The notes under the pieces are model-generated. The model was not told the DNA's origin, did not search any database, and saw nothing but the letters and a program-made list of their open reading frames with translations. A DNA stretch of 63,693 nt, counting the filler, from an uncultured Gemmatimonadota bacterium (lineage in GTDB: Bacteria > Blakebacterota > Blakebacteria > Blakebacterales > Blakebacteraceae): the NCBI GenBank assembly GCA_964576115.1. It is 4 parts of 4 records of this genome, joined end to end, with 100 filler letters (N's around TTAATTAATTAA, not from the genome) between each part and the next. Parts side by side here need not be neighbours in the genome. Positions count along the whole stretch, not along the records: positions 1 to 17,113 come from CAZNUA010000062.1; positions 17,214 to 34,269 come from CAZNUA010000063.1; 2 more parts are not named here. One strand, written 5' to 3'. Shown piece by piece: positions 8,944 through 19,319 of this stretch (the stretch's first letter is position 1; each line of letters opens with the position of its first letter). A program made the position numbers and the translations under genes.

Positions 8944-10860
8944 TCAGATTTCCAGCTGCATGCCCAGTTCCACCACCCGGTTGGGGGGGAGATTGAAGAA
9001 GGTAAAGGCGCCCACTGCGTTGCGGGACAGGAAGATGAACAGGTGCCGGCGCCAGCGCGCCATACCGTGCCGGGAAGCGGCGATCAGCTGCTCACGGCTC
9101 AGGAAGAAGGTCGTATCCATCATGCGGATCTCTTTCCCGCCGACCTGTACGCCGAGCATGGCCCGAGGAAGGTCGGTATCCTCGGCAAAGCCATAGTTGA
9201 TCTTCATACGGTAAAGGCCGTCACCCAGATCAAACAGTTCGATCCGCTCCTCTTCATCGATATAGGGCGTTTCATGGACGACGAGCGTGAGCAGGATGAC
9301 CCGCTCGTGCAGAGAGCGGTTGTGTTTGAGATTGTGCATCATAGCCGGGGGAGTCTCCCGGAAGGAGGAACTCATGTAGATCGCCGTGCCTGGAACTCGG
9401 GTCGCCTCGTACCGGCGCAGGTTTTCCAGGAACGCCTCCACCGGTACGTTCCGCGCTTTGATGTGCTCGGACAGGAAACGACGGCCGGTTTTCCAGGTCG
9501 TCATGACCACGAACATCGATCCCGCCACGGCCAGTGGAAACCAGCCTCCTTGGGGGATCTTGGAGAGGTTGCCGCCCCAGAAGGCCAGATCGACTGCCAG
9601 GAGTCCGGCCGCACCCAGGGCGACCAGAACCGGATGCCATCGCCAGCGACGCAGCGCCACGACCGCAAAGAGGGTCGTGGTAAAGACCATGTCGGTCGTG
9701 ACCGCCACACCGTAGGCATTCGCCAGGCGGCTCGAGGAACCGAAGCCGATCACCAGTCCGATGCAGCTCACCAGCAGGAGCCAGTTCACCACCGGCATGT
9801 AGATCTGGCCGATGTGCTCATCGGAAGTGTGCCGGATGCGCAGGCGAGGCAGGTAGCCGAGTTGGACGGCCTGCCGGGTCAGAGAGAAGGCACCTGAAAT
9901 CACCGCCTGGGACGCGATGATCGTCGCGACGGTGGTGATGATGATGAGGGGATATAACGCCCACCCAGGAGTCAGCAGGAAGAAGGGGGCCGAGAGGGCC
10001 TCGGGATCGCTGATCACCAGCGCGCCCTGGCCCAGGTAGTTGAGCATCAGGCAGGGCAGGACCAGGACGTACCAGGCCAGCCGGATGGGACGTTTGCCGA
10101 AATGGCCCATATCGGCATAGAGAGCCTCGCCGCCGGTGACGACCAGAAAGACCGAACCAAGTACCAGGAACGAGAGCATCTTGTTGCGCAGGAAGAAGCT
10201 GACCGCCTCGGTGGGCAGGAGTGCCTGCAGCACCGCGGGGTGCTTGACGACCGAAGCCAGGCCGGTGACGGCCAGGGTAGCGAACCAGACCATCATGACC
10301 GGCCCGAAGACCGCCCCGATCCGGGCCGTGCCCCGGGGCTGGAACGCAAACAGGGCAATCAGGATGCCAACCGTGATCGGGATCACGAAGGCATGCAGGC
10401 CGGGGGCGGTTACTTCGAGTCCTTCGACCGCACTCAGCACCGAAATGGCGGGGGTGATCATGCTGTCGCCGTAGAGAAGAGCCGCTCCGAAGAGGCCAAT
10501 CAGAACCAGAATGCGGCGGCGGCCCCGGGCCTGCTCGCTCGGCGGCGAGACCAGGGCCGTCAGGGCGATGATCCCGCCCTCACCGCGGTTGTCGGCCCGC
10601 ATGACCGCTCCCAGGTACTTCACCGAAATGACGATGATCAGCGACCAGAAGATGAGAGAGAGGACACCCAGCACGTTCTCGGGGGTGGCGGCGATGCCGT
10701 GATCGGGGTGAAAGGATTCTCTCAGGGCATAGATGGGGCTGGTCCCGATGTCCCCAAAAACGACTCCGACCGCGGCCAGAGAAAGGGCTGCAAGCTGTTT
10801 GCCTGACGGTGGCGTATCACCCGCATGAGCCACTGCTGCTGTTTCCTCCAGGTTGGGCAC
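8944..10860 (-). CDS. kup: Potassium uptake transporter Kup
   Basis: GVVFGDIGTSPIYA, RADNRGEGG, GGEALYADMGHFG, GQIYMPVVNW, VVELGMQLEI. Confidence 0.97.
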   Translation of the reverse strand: MPNLEETAAVAHAGDTPPSGKQLAALSLAAVGVVFGDIGTSPIYALRESFHPDHGIAATPENVLGVLSLIFWSLIIVISVKYLGAVMRADNRGEGGIIALTALVSPPSEQARGRRRILVLIGLFGAALLYGDSMITPAISVLSAVEGLEVTAPGLHAFVIPITVGILIALFAFQPRGTARIGAVFGPVMMVWFATLAVTGLASVVKHPAVLQALLPTEAVSFFLRNKMLSFLVLGSVFLVVTGGEALYADMGHFGKRPIRLAWYVLVLPCLMLNYLGQGALVISDPEALSAPFFLLTPGWALYPLIIITTVATIIASQAVISGAFSLTRQAVQLGYLPRLRIRHTSDEHIGQIYMPVVNWLLLVSCIGLVIGFGSSSRLANAYGVAVTTDMVFTTTLFAVVALRRWRWHPVLVALGAAGLLAVDLAFWGGNLSKIPQGGWFPLAVAGSMFVVMTTWKTGRRFLSEHIKARNVPVEAFLENLRRYEATRVPGTAIYMSSSFRETPPAMMHNLKHNRSLHERVILLTLVVHETPYIDEEERIELFDLGDGLYRMKINYGFAEDTDLPRAMLGVQVGGKEIRMMDTTFFLSREQLIAASRHGMARWRRHLFIFLSRNAVGAFTFFNLPPNRVVELGMQLEI

Positions 10861-11056
10861 TTCTTCCGTTCCAAAATCCCATCATTCACGACCGGGAAGC
10901 AACCTCCATCCTGATGTCGGCTCTGATATCGTTCTACTCCGGCAACCCGGTCGTGACAGACAATACCTATCATCCGCACCGACTCAATGTGTTACCATAG
11001 GATCGGCGATGTCGGTTGCACGGACGCATCACGGACAGATCTGCGGAGAGAAGACA

Positions 11057-12652
11057 ATGAAGAAGACCGGGACGTTCCTGACGGTTGCAGCAGGCCTCAT
11101 TGTGATCATCGTCATCATCAGCCTGATCGGGCGACAGGGCAGATCCACTCTCGGTCCTGCCGAAACCGAAGGCATGGCGCAGGGGACGGTCTTCCTCGAC
11201 CGCAACGCCAACGGTCTGCGGGACCGGGGCGAGCCGGGGCTGGCGGGCGTGGGCGTATCGGATCAACGCACGGTCACAATCACCGACCGGCAGGGACGCT
11301 GGGCCCTGCCCGCTCATGACGAGGCGTTCTACTTCGTCATCAAGCCGCGTGGTTACATGACAGCGCCGGATGAGAAAAACCTGCCGCAGTTCTATTATCT
11401 GCACAAGCAGACCGAGGAACTGGATCTGTACGGTCCCACCCTGCCCCGCACCGGGCCCCTGCCCGCCTCGATCGACTTTCCGCTCACCCGCCACGACGAA
11501 CCCGAGCGGTTCACGGCTGTCATCATGGGCGATCCCCAGCCGCGGGATATCACCGAAGTGAATTACCTCGCCCACGATATCATCGAGGAACTGGTCGGCA
11601 CCGAGGCTCTTTTCGCCATGACGCTCGGTGACCTGACTTTCGATGATCTGGCCCTCTACCCGGCTCTCAATGCCGCTTTCCGGAACATCGGGGTGCCTGT
11701 CTACCACGTCCTGGGAAACCACGACGCCAACTACGACGGCCGTGACCCCTACGAGCATTACGAGACCTGGCGCACCCAGTACGGTCCCTGTTACTACTCC
11801 TTCGACTACGGGCCGGTCCACTTCGTGATCCTGGCCGACGTTCTGTATCCCGAGAGCGGAAACCGCTACATCACAGGCCTGGGAGAGCAGCAGCTCGACT
11901 GGCTCGAATCTGACCTGGCTCACGTTCCCTCCGACCGGCTCATCGTCCTGAGCATGCACATCCCCCTGACCAGTGCCGAACGCACCCCCGACTTCGGCCG
12001 GCTCTACGAACTGCTGCAGGACCGACCCCATACCTTATCCATAAGCGCTCATTCGCACGTGCTCGCGCACGGATTCCTGACGGCCGAACACGGCTGGCTG
12101 GGTGCTGAACCTCACCACCACATCAACGCCGGTGCCACCTGCGGCCGGTGGTGGAGCGGGAATGAGGACGAAACCGGTATCCCCCACACCTCCTCATCGG
12201 ACGGTACGCCGAACGGGTACTTCATCGTGACCTTCGACGGTCATTCCTACTCGACCCGCTACAAGGCCGCCCGCCGACCCGCGGACTATCAGATGCAGAT
12301 CGAGATCCCCGACGAGGTCTCACACTCGCAGCTGGCCGACACGCCGGTCTTCGTCAACGTTTTCAACGGCAGTTCCCGCTCAACGGTCGAGATGAGCGTG
12401 GATGAGGACGGGGAGTGGATTGCGCTGGAACATGCCCCCCAGGTCGATCCCCTGTATAACCGGATCGCTAGGGAGCAGAGCGAGCAGAGAGGCTCGCGTT
12501 GCGAGCACATGTGGGAAGGACGGCTGCCCGCCGGTCTGGAGCCGGGTGGGCACCTGATCCGGGTCCGCACAACCGACATGCACGGCCAGGTCTTTACCGG
12601 CTCGCGGATCCTGCGCGTTGTTGAAGATGGAGCCTCTCAGCGGCGACCGTAG
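11057..12652 (+). CDS. Calcineurin-like metallophosphoesterase with N-terminal Cna/SdrB-like and C-terminal extension domains
   Basis: Membrane anchor; VFLDRNANGLRDRGEPG; metallophosphoesterase motifs GDPQ, GDL, GNHD, HIP, AHSH; DGTPNGY. Confidence 0.88.
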   Translation: MKKTGTFLTVAAGLIVIIVIISLIGRQGRSTLGPAETEGMAQGTVFLDRNANGLRDRGEPGLAGVGVSDQRTVTITDRQGRWALPAHDEAFYFVIKPRGYMTAPDEKNLPQFYYLHKQTEELDLYGPTLPRTGPLPASIDFPLTRHDEPERFTAVIMGDPQPRDITEVNYLAHDIIEELVGTEALFAMTLGDLTFDDLALYPALNAAFRNIGVPVYHVLGNHDANYDGRDPYEHYETWRTQYGPCYYSFDYGPVHFVILADVLYPESGNRYITGLGEQQLDWLESDLAHVPSDRLIVLSMHIPLTSAERTPDFGRLYELLQDRPHTLSISAHSHVLAHGFLTAEHGWLGAEPHHHINAGATCGRWWSGNEDETGIPHTSSSDGTPNGYFIVTFDGHSYSTRYKAARRPADYQMQIEIPDEVSHSQLADTPVFVNVFNGSSRSTVEMSVDEDGEWIALEHAPQVDPLYNRIAREQSEQRGSRCEHMWEGRLPAGLEPGGHLIRVRTTDMHGQVFTGSRILRVVEDGASQRRP

Positions 12653-13851
12653 ACACGCGGATCGATCCGGTATTTCTCGATCTGCGGGAATTCCTCGCCG
12701 CTGAAATAATTGCTGACCTTGTAGAGGTACCCGTCGCATATACAACCAAAGCCGACCGAGAACCATGCCGAGCGCAGGTACCCGCGGTCAGCGCGGAACA
12801 CATCCACCTTCACGTCGCTGCTGTCGTTGCGCGCATTCGTGAAGACAAAAATGAACTCGTCATCTGTATAAAGTCTCTGTACGGGGCAGTCGAATTTCCG
12901 TTCCGCAATGAACTCCTCTACCAGCTGATTCATCACCTGCATGCGCCGCCACTGCTCCGGTTGTTGCTCCCGGTATTCCTCCGGATAGCTCATCGGTTCC
13001 CAGCTGCATTCGACCGGCAGGTAGGCAGGATCGTGATGGTCGATATGGGTCGAACGCATCGTCTTCAGGTCGAGCAGAGTCAACCGGTAGGTGACTCCCG
13101 CCTCGGATATCTCGGTGTCGTGGTGGGTATGGAGGTAGACGATTCGTTTGCCGGGCAGGGGCGCGATCTCCAGACTGCCCCACACTCCCGAGGAGACCGT
13201 ATTCCCCAGAGGACTGGAAACGAAGTTGGATTGCGGGTAGTGAGCGATGACCTGCAGCGAGTCCGCGTCCTGGTAGAACAGGTAGATTTCTTTGCGCGAG
13301 CGGTTCTCCCGATCAACATCACGGGAATCGAGCGCATACACCCGTTCCAATTCCCCCAGACAGTAGACGGCTTCCGGTTCTTGAGGGAGAAGGTTGTCCA
13401 CTTCCATGATATTCCGGAAGGAATCCAGGAACATGAGATCTGTTCTGTCGAGGAAGGAATGGTCCGGCCGGAAGTGATGGGCCGTCCACCCGTCCAGAAC
13501 AGTGAAATACCCATCGGCACCCATCCAGATGATCCGGGGACGAGCGAACTCTCCCGGTCCCTCCCCGCTTCCTCCCAGAAGTTGCATCGGGCGTCCGTCG
13601 GCTCCGAAAACCTTCACATAGGCTTCGTCCACCACCAGAACATTGCCCTCGATATCAACCCCCACCCCCTCAGGAGACGGTCGGGCGAGGATGTACTCTT
13701 CGGCGATATCCTCGGCACCAAAGGTACCTTCAAGGGTAAGGACATCGCTCAGGGCCTCATCTCGAACACCGGCCCCGCGATCGCCCCGCCCTCCGCAGGC
13801 CGTCACGATCAGCAACAGGAGGCCGACAACCGGCCGCATTCGAATCGTCAT
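12637..13851 (-). CDS. 6-bladed beta-propeller (NHL-like) lipoprotein
   Basis: Lipobox VTAC; GGSGEGPGEF motif. Confidence 0.75.
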   Translation of the reverse strand: MTIRMRPVVGLLLLIVTACGGRGDRGAGVRDEALSDVLTLEGTFGAEDIAEEYILARPSPEGVGVDIEGNVLVVDEAYVKVFGADGRPMQLLGGSGEGPGEFARPRIIWMGADGYFTVLDGWTAHHFRPDHSFLDRTDLMFLDSFRNIMEVDNLLPQEPEAVYCLGELERVYALDSRDVDRENRSRKEIYLFYQDADSLQVIAHYPQSNFVSSPLGNTVSSGVWGSLEIAPLPGKRIVYLHTHHDTEISEAGVTYRLTLLDLKTMRSTHIDHHDPAYLPVECSWEPMSYPEEYREQQPEQWRRMQVMNQLVEEFIAERKFDCPVQRLYTDDEFIFVFTNARNDSSDVKVDVFRADRGYLRSAWFSVGFGCICDGYLYKVSNYFSGEEFPQIEKYRIDPRVYGRR

Positions 13852-13926
13852 GGCGTTAACCTCGATAGTCGGGAGAGACGCAGTTCACATACCGCCAGTG
13901 ATAGTAGCAGGCGAACGCGGCGGCTG

Positions 13927-16900
13927 TCAGGGCGCTATCGCCCGGGCGGCGGCGATCTGGATACCGAAGCGGGGATCGCCGCGCCGGCTCTGCCCCAGGC
14001 GTTCGGCTTCTTCGGTGTCCCCGGTATAGACCGCGATCGCCCAGCGTATATCGCTGTTCCGCCCGGCCCGGTCCTGCAGTTCTCCAAGTATCTGCTCGGC
14101 GTCGGCTTCCCGACCGGCCTCGCGCAGGGCCATGAGCCCGTAGAGGTGGTGGCTGCCGCCGGTGCCGTGCTCCAGGGTATAGTCGACCGCCCGCTGCAAG
14201 GCCTCGCGGGCCTGCCGCCGGCTACCCGCCCGGCTCCAGGCCAGCCACTCCAGATAATCCTGCATCCGGACATCGACATCGTACGGTTCGCCGGTGCCCA
14301 GGTGTTCGGGGTACCCTTTCGAACCCTCCAGATGGCGCACCGCCGCCCGGTACTCGCCGGCGGCCAGGGCCTCGAGGGCCAGATGGACCTGAGTGCGCAT
14401 GAAGAGGTTGTGCGCCTCCCACCCTCCCTCATAGGGCAGGACCTCGAGTTCCTCGAGAATGGCCAGGCACCCGGCATACCCGCCCGTGTCGAAGAGCACC
14501 CCGGCGTGGTCCATGGCGATCTCGATCCGGTCGGGGAAGCGGCGGGCGGCCTCGGCGGCGAGGTTCACAGTCTCATCGCTGCGCGAGAGCCGGCGGTATT
14601 CAGAGATCAGGTAATGCCAGCAGCGCCACTCCGATTCGTCGATTTCCCGGGCCCGCTCGAACCGGGTCAGAGCGTCCGTCCGGTCCAGCAGACCGAGGGT
14701 GATGTGAAAGGGCGCGAAAGCGGGATCGCCGCAGGCTCCGAACCACTCCTGTGCGGCCTCGCTCCTGCCCAGCCCCTGATGAATCAATCCCAGGTACCAG
14801 GCCGCCTTCCAGTTCCCGGGATCCTGCCGCCGGGCCCACTCCAGCACGGGGATCGTTTCGACCCTGAAGGGGAAGACCAGGTGCGGGCTGAGGACCCGAG
14901 CCCGCTGCAGAACGGCTGCGCTCTGAGAGCCGGGAGCGTCCGGACCGGCTTCACCCGCCAGCAGATAGGCCAGCCAGTAGAGAACGGTCGGGTATTCGGG
15001 CGCCTGCTGCAGGACCGCTACGGAGTCGTCGATGAGTCCCAGGTGGTGATAGAAGAGAGCGATCTCCAGGAAATGCTCGTGGGGCAGCTCGCTGCGGATC
15101 ATCGCGGTGAAAGGATCGCGGGTCGCCTCTGTCGGATCGAGCCGCCAGAACTCGCAGCGGGCCAGATGGTTCAGGGGATCGATCGAGAGCAGGTCGTCGA
15201 GGATCGCGCGGGCCTGATCGGCATGCCCGAGCAGGCGGTGCAGAACCGCCAGCACCTCACGGGCCCGGATGTTCCAGGTGTTGAAGGCGAAGGCACGTTC
15301 GGCATAGGTGAGGGCCAGCGGCAGGTCGCTTCCCAGAATGCAGATCTCGGCCAACTGGCAGTAGGCATTGGAGCGGAACTCCAGCGAGCGGGCAGCCCAC
15401 CCCAGGGCTTCCTTTGCATCGGTGAGCCGGCCGAGCGCCCGGGAGGCTACGCCGTAGATGTAGTTTGCGCCGGGGTCGTACATGATGAGTTCCAGGGCCC
15501 GTCCGGCGTACTCCAGTGCCCGTTCGTATTCGGCCCGGCGGCAGTGGAGTTCGGCGATACGGGTGAGGGCCCGGACATGCTGGGGTTCGCGTGCCAGGCA
15601 GGCCAGGTACTTCTGCCTGGCCCGGTTGTACTGCCGGCGCTTCTCATGGTACTCACCGGCCTGGTAGAACCCCTCGGCGGTGCTCTCATCGGGCATGCGG
15701 AAGACGATCGGCCGGCTCAGCCGGACCGCGGCCGGGTCGGCGTCGTGCTCGAGCTTGTCCGCGATCTCGACCCGGATGAACCCTTCCGCTCCCCCGGTTT
15801 CGACCTCCCGGTGCACGACCTGCATCGGCCGGGCCGTGAGGTGCTCGCGGTGAATCTCCCGGGTACCGAGCGAAACGATGAGGTCGTCATCCAGAGGCTG
15901 CAGGGGACAGAGGTGGAGGACGATCCGCTCACCCTCGCGCTCCACGTTCAGGGCGGCGAAGGGGGAAGCCTTGACCAGCCCGCCGGTGCCGGCGAAGGGA
16001 AAGAGCATCTCGGTCCAGGCATCGGCAGAACCGGGGGCGAAGAACTCATGATCGTCCTGGGAGAAGTAGCGCCCCGCCTGCGGTTCGCTGTACTGGCCGT
16101 GGGTATCGGTCAGCAGGTCCTCCCAGATGGCCCCCTGCCGCGAGAGGGCCCAGATCCACATCTTCTTGCCCGGCATGTCGTCATAGAGCGCCCAGTGCCC
16201 GAAGCCGAACCCGGTGTCGTGCCAGTACCCGCCGTAGAAATCGTGGTACTCGCCCAGCACGAAGTGCGATTGGCTGCCGCCGAAGTTGTTGTTGCGGTAC
16301 CAGGAGAGATCCCGACCCTGCGCATTCACCGGCCAGGTGCCCGGGGTGGCGGTATAGCCGTGGGGCATGACCCGGTCCCCGGGGTAGAAATACTGCAGTT
16401 CGTCGCCGGCCCGTACCGCGTTGTTGGTCCAGACGTAGTACGACTGATGCAGGGGGGTGGGATTGGTCCAGCGCGAACGTAGTTCGACCAGGGCACCCTC
16501 GGCGGGTACCCTGAGTTCGATCGTCCAGCGGGTTCGTGAGGGCAGATCGAGGGTGCCGACAAAGCAGCTCACACTGCCGTCGGGGTTCTCGCGCAACAGG
16601 TAGTCGACCGGACTAGCCGTTGACGGGGCGTGCCCCACCAGGCCGAAGTTGAATTCGCTCCCGCCCGAGGTCCACGGTCCCCGCATGGCGATCTGGCGAA
16701 ACTTGAGCACGTCGTTGAGGTAGACGAATTCCTCGCCGGTCCCCTTCTCGATCGCCCCGAAGATCTTGCCGCCGACCTCGGGCAGGATCTGCAGCTCGAC
16801 GAACTCGTTCTCCAGGGTAACGACCGTCCACTCCTGCTCCTCCGATTCGTGGCTGAAACCGTTGAAGGCGTAGTAGGGGTAGATGTCGGGCCGGCGCACC

Positions 16901-17046
16901 AGGATCGGGACCGGATCGGGGTCATCGAAGGAATAGGTCGTGATGGTCCGCACCTGCTCGGTGATCCGGGCCTGCTGGGCGGTGACGGGTGAGAGCACGA
17001 CAAGCAAGGTGAGTACAACGGCAGTAAGGGATCGGATCCATGTCAT
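13927..17046 (-). CDS. Secreted DUF5107 + TPR-repeat protein
   Basis: Signal peptide; LENEFVELQILPEVGGKI, RGPWTSGG, PGKKMWIW; long Ala/Leu/Tyr-rich TPR region. Confidence 0.85.
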   Translation of the reverse strand: MTWIRSLTAVVLTLLVVLSPVTAQQARITEQVRTITTYSFDDPDPVPILVRRPDIYPYYAFNGFSHESEEQEWTVVTLENEFVELQILPEVGGKIFGAIEKGTGEEFVYLNDVLKFRQIAMRGPWTSGGSEFNFGLVGHAPSTASPVDYLLRENPDGSVSCFVGTLDLPSRTRWTIELRVPAEGALVELRSRWTNPTPLHQSYYVWTNNAVRAGDELQYFYPGDRVMPHGYTATPGTWPVNAQGRDLSWYRNNNFGGSQSHFVLGEYHDFYGGYWHDTGFGFGHWALYDDMPGKKMWIWALSRQGAIWEDLLTDTHGQYSEPQAGRYFSQDDHEFFAPGSADAWTEMLFPFAGTGGLVKASPFAALNVEREGERIVLHLCPLQPLDDDLIVSLGTREIHREHLTARPMQVVHREVETGGAEGFIRVEIADKLEHDADPAAVRLSRPIVFRMPDESTAEGFYQAGEYHEKRRQYNRARQKYLACLAREPQHVRALTRIAELHCRRAEYERALEYAGRALELIMYDPGANYIYGVASRALGRLTDAKEALGWAARSLEFRSNAYCQLAEICILGSDLPLALTYAERAFAFNTWNIRAREVLAVLHRLLGHADQARAILDDLLSIDPLNHLARCEFWRLDPTEATRDPFTAMIRSELPHEHFLEIALFYHHLGLIDDSVAVLQQAPEYPTVLYWLAYLLAGEAGPDAPGSQSAAVLQRARVLSPHLVFPFRVETIPVLEWARRQDPGNWKAAWYLGLIHQGLGRSEAAQEWFGACGDPAFAPFHITLGLLDRTDALTRFERAREIDESEWRCWHYLISEYRRLSRSDETVNLAAEAARRFPDRIEIAMDHAGVLFDTGGYAGCLAILEELEVLPYEGGWEAHNLFMRTQVHLALEALAAGEYRAAVRHLEGSKGYPEHLGTGEPYDVDVRMQDYLEWLAWSRAGSRRQAREALQRAVDYTLEHGTGGSHHLYGLMALREAGREADAEQILGELQDRAGRNSDIRWAIAVYTGDTEEAERLGQSRRGDPRFGIQIAAARAIAP

Positions 17047-17113
17047 GATCGCCTCTTTTCACCGTTCGGACAGAATCAGCAGCCAGCCCCGACCCGGTTC
17101 GACCGGGATCGCC

Positions 17114-17213
17114 NNNNNNNNNNNNNNNNNNNNNNNNNNNNNNNNNNNNNNNNNNNNTTAATTAATTAANNNNNNNNNNNNNNNNNNNNNNNNNNNNNNN
17201 NNNNNNNNNNNNN
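17114..17213. other. Artificial contig linker
   Basis: 44 N + TTAATTAATTAA (stops in all six frames) + 44 N. Confidence 0.99.
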
Positions 17214-17767
17214 GCGGTGTGGGTCTCATCGGTCTGTGCGTCGGGGTGGTTGTCGTCATCCAGCACCTGGTACTCGAAGCCCAGGGCGGCGTTCGGTGGT
17301 GAATGGGAGGTGCTGATCTCTTCAGAGACGTTGTATTTCACGCCGCTGTTGCCCTCCGGGCTGATCCGCCACTCGAAATAGAGTTCGAAATCGAGATAGG
17401 TCTCTTCGGTTATCAGGTCACCGCCCTCCAGGGGCTGACCGTCGGCCTGCACCGGCACATCCCCGCTGTCCACCTTGTGAATACAGCAATCCGTAATGGT
17501 CCAGTGTCCCTCGGGCACTCCCTCACGGCCCAGTCCGCGCCAGCCGTCGAATGATTCGCCGTCGAAAAGCAGGATCCAGCCGGCGGCCTCTTCCTCGGCA
17601 CTGAGCTTATTCAAGCGTTCTTCTTCGGGAATCTGTTCGTCAGTGCCGCGGGGTTGTCCGTCGCGGCAGGCGGGTGCGAGCAGAACGACAAGCAGAGCCA
17701 GCGGAAGGTACAGGATACAACTCTGCACCATCCGGCCGGCTCGGGTGCGGCGGACTGTTTCGAGCAT
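17214..17767 (-). CDS. DUF1080 (3-keto-glycoside hydratase-type) lipoprotein, 3'-truncated by contig end
   Basis: Lipobox LAPAC; GWILLFDGESFDGW, DFELYFEWRI, GNSGVKY, EYQVLDD. Confidence 0.9.
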
Positions 17768-17902
17768 GGCGGGGATCTCCTTTTACCGCTAGTGTCATGT
17801 CAGGTGACACGTGTCGGGAGACTCGAATTCCGAAGTCATCGCCTGACAGGGCACGTGCGTCAGATTGTACCCGCTGGATGAGCCAGAGGGAAAGGAGCAG
17901 AA

Positions 17903-19243
17903 ATGCCGACCATGGGCAGACGCGATTTCCTGGAGCACTCGTCGAAGGCGGCCGCCGGCGCCGCCCTCTTTGCCGCCGGTATCGATCCCGAGGGCCTGCC
18001 CCTGCACGAACGGCAGGTGAGCCCCAACGACCGCATCGCGGTGGGCCTGATCGGCGCCGGGGACATGGGCAAGTCGAACCTGAGAGATTTCCTGCGCGTG
18101 CCCGAGGTTGAATGTCTGGCCGTGGCCGACGTGGATATGGAGCGGCTCGAGTCGGGGATCGCCCTGGTCGAAGAACAGCGGGGTTCGCGCCCGATGGGCT
18201 ACAAGGACTTTCGGCGCATCATCGAGCATGACGATATCGATGTCGTGATCGTGGGCACGCCCGACCACTGGCACGCCCTGCCGACCGTTCTGGCGTGTGA
18301 AGCCGGCAAGGACGTCTATGTCGAGAAACCGCTGGCCACCACGATCGCCGAAGGCCGGGTCATGGTCGAAGCGGCCCGCCGCTATGACCGGGTCGTGCAG
18401 GTCGGCACCCAGCAGCGCAGCGCCGGGCACTTTGCCGATGCGGTGGCCTTCGTGCAGTCGGGGCAATTGGGCAAGATCCGCATGGTCCGGGCCTGGACCT
18501 ACCTCGACTGGAAGGGCGACATCGGCAATCCTCCCGACGAACCGGCCCCCGATCACATCGACTACGACTTCTGGCTCGGTCCGGCCCCGTTGCGGCCTTA
18601 CAACCCGATGCGCTGTCATCACAATTTCCGCTGGTACTGGGATTACTCGGGCGGGCTGATGACCGACTGGGGCGCGCACATGGTGGACGTGGTCATGTGG
18701 GCCATGCAGGAGGAACCGGTCGGGGCCATGGCGATCGGCGGCAAGTATGGTTTCGACGACATACGCGAGACTCCCGACACCCAGCAGTCGATCGTGGAGT
18801 TCCCCGGTTTCTCGATGCTCTGGGAGCACATGATCGGCGCCGGTCTGGGCCCCTGGCAGCGCGAGCACGGGGTCGAGTTTCACGGTCAGAACGGGGTTCT
18901 GGTGGTCGACCGGGGGGGCTGGGAAGTGCATTCGGAGACCAACGCCTACGGTCAGCCGCGCGCCAAGGTCATGGAGGATGTCGAGCGCCAGCCGGCCTCG
19001 CGCGACTACCACTTCGCCCACGTACAGAATTTCCTCGAATGCGTGCACACCCGCTCGCGGCCGGTAGCCGATGTCGAGATCGGTCACAAATCGGTCACGG
19101 CCTGCCACCTGGCCAATATCGCCGTGCGGCTGCAGCGGTACTTCCCCTGGGATGCCGGACGGGAAGAGATCCCCGGCGACCGCGAGGGACAAGCTCTGGT
19201 CAACCGCGAGTACCGTCGTCCCTGGCGCCTGCCGCGGATATGA
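17903..19243 (+). CDS. Tat-exported Gfo/Idh/MocA family oxidoreductase
   Basis: GRRDFL Tat motif; GLIGAGDMG Rossmann motif; GTPDHWHA, DVYVEKP, WRWYWDY-like NFRWYWDYSGGLMTDWGAH. Confidence 0.93.
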   Translation: MPTMGRRDFLEHSSKAAAGAALFAAGIDPEGLPLHERQVSPNDRIAVGLIGAGDMGKSNLRDFLRVPEVECLAVADVDMERLESGIALVEEQRGSRPMGYKDFRRIIEHDDIDVVIVGTPDHWHALPTVLACEAGKDVYVEKPLATTIAEGRVMVEAARRYDRVVQVGTQQRSAGHFADAVAFVQSGQLGKIRMVRAWTYLDWKGDIGNPPDEPAPDHIDYDFWLGPAPLRPYNPMRCHHNFRWYWDYSGGLMTDWGAHMVDVVMWAMQEEPVGAMAIGGKYGFDDIRETPDTQQSIVEFPGFSMLWEHMIGAGLGPWQREHGVEFHGQNGVLVVDRGGWEVHSETNAYGQPRAKVMEDVERQPASRDYHFAHVQNFLECVHTRSRPVADVEIGHKSVTACHLANIAVRLQRYFPWDAGREEIPGDREGQALVNREYRRPWRLPRI

Positions 19244-19319
19244 GACGGAAGTATGAGAGGATGGACCGACAGTGGGTCGGTATCAACAAGTCCGTAAGGG
19301 GAGGAGAGAAAGGGTTGAG

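Noticed and set aside
12961-16482. 1173-aa plus-strand ORF
   Set aside because: Antisense shadow of the DUF5107/TPR and propeller genes, caused by GC-rich codon bias; no motifs
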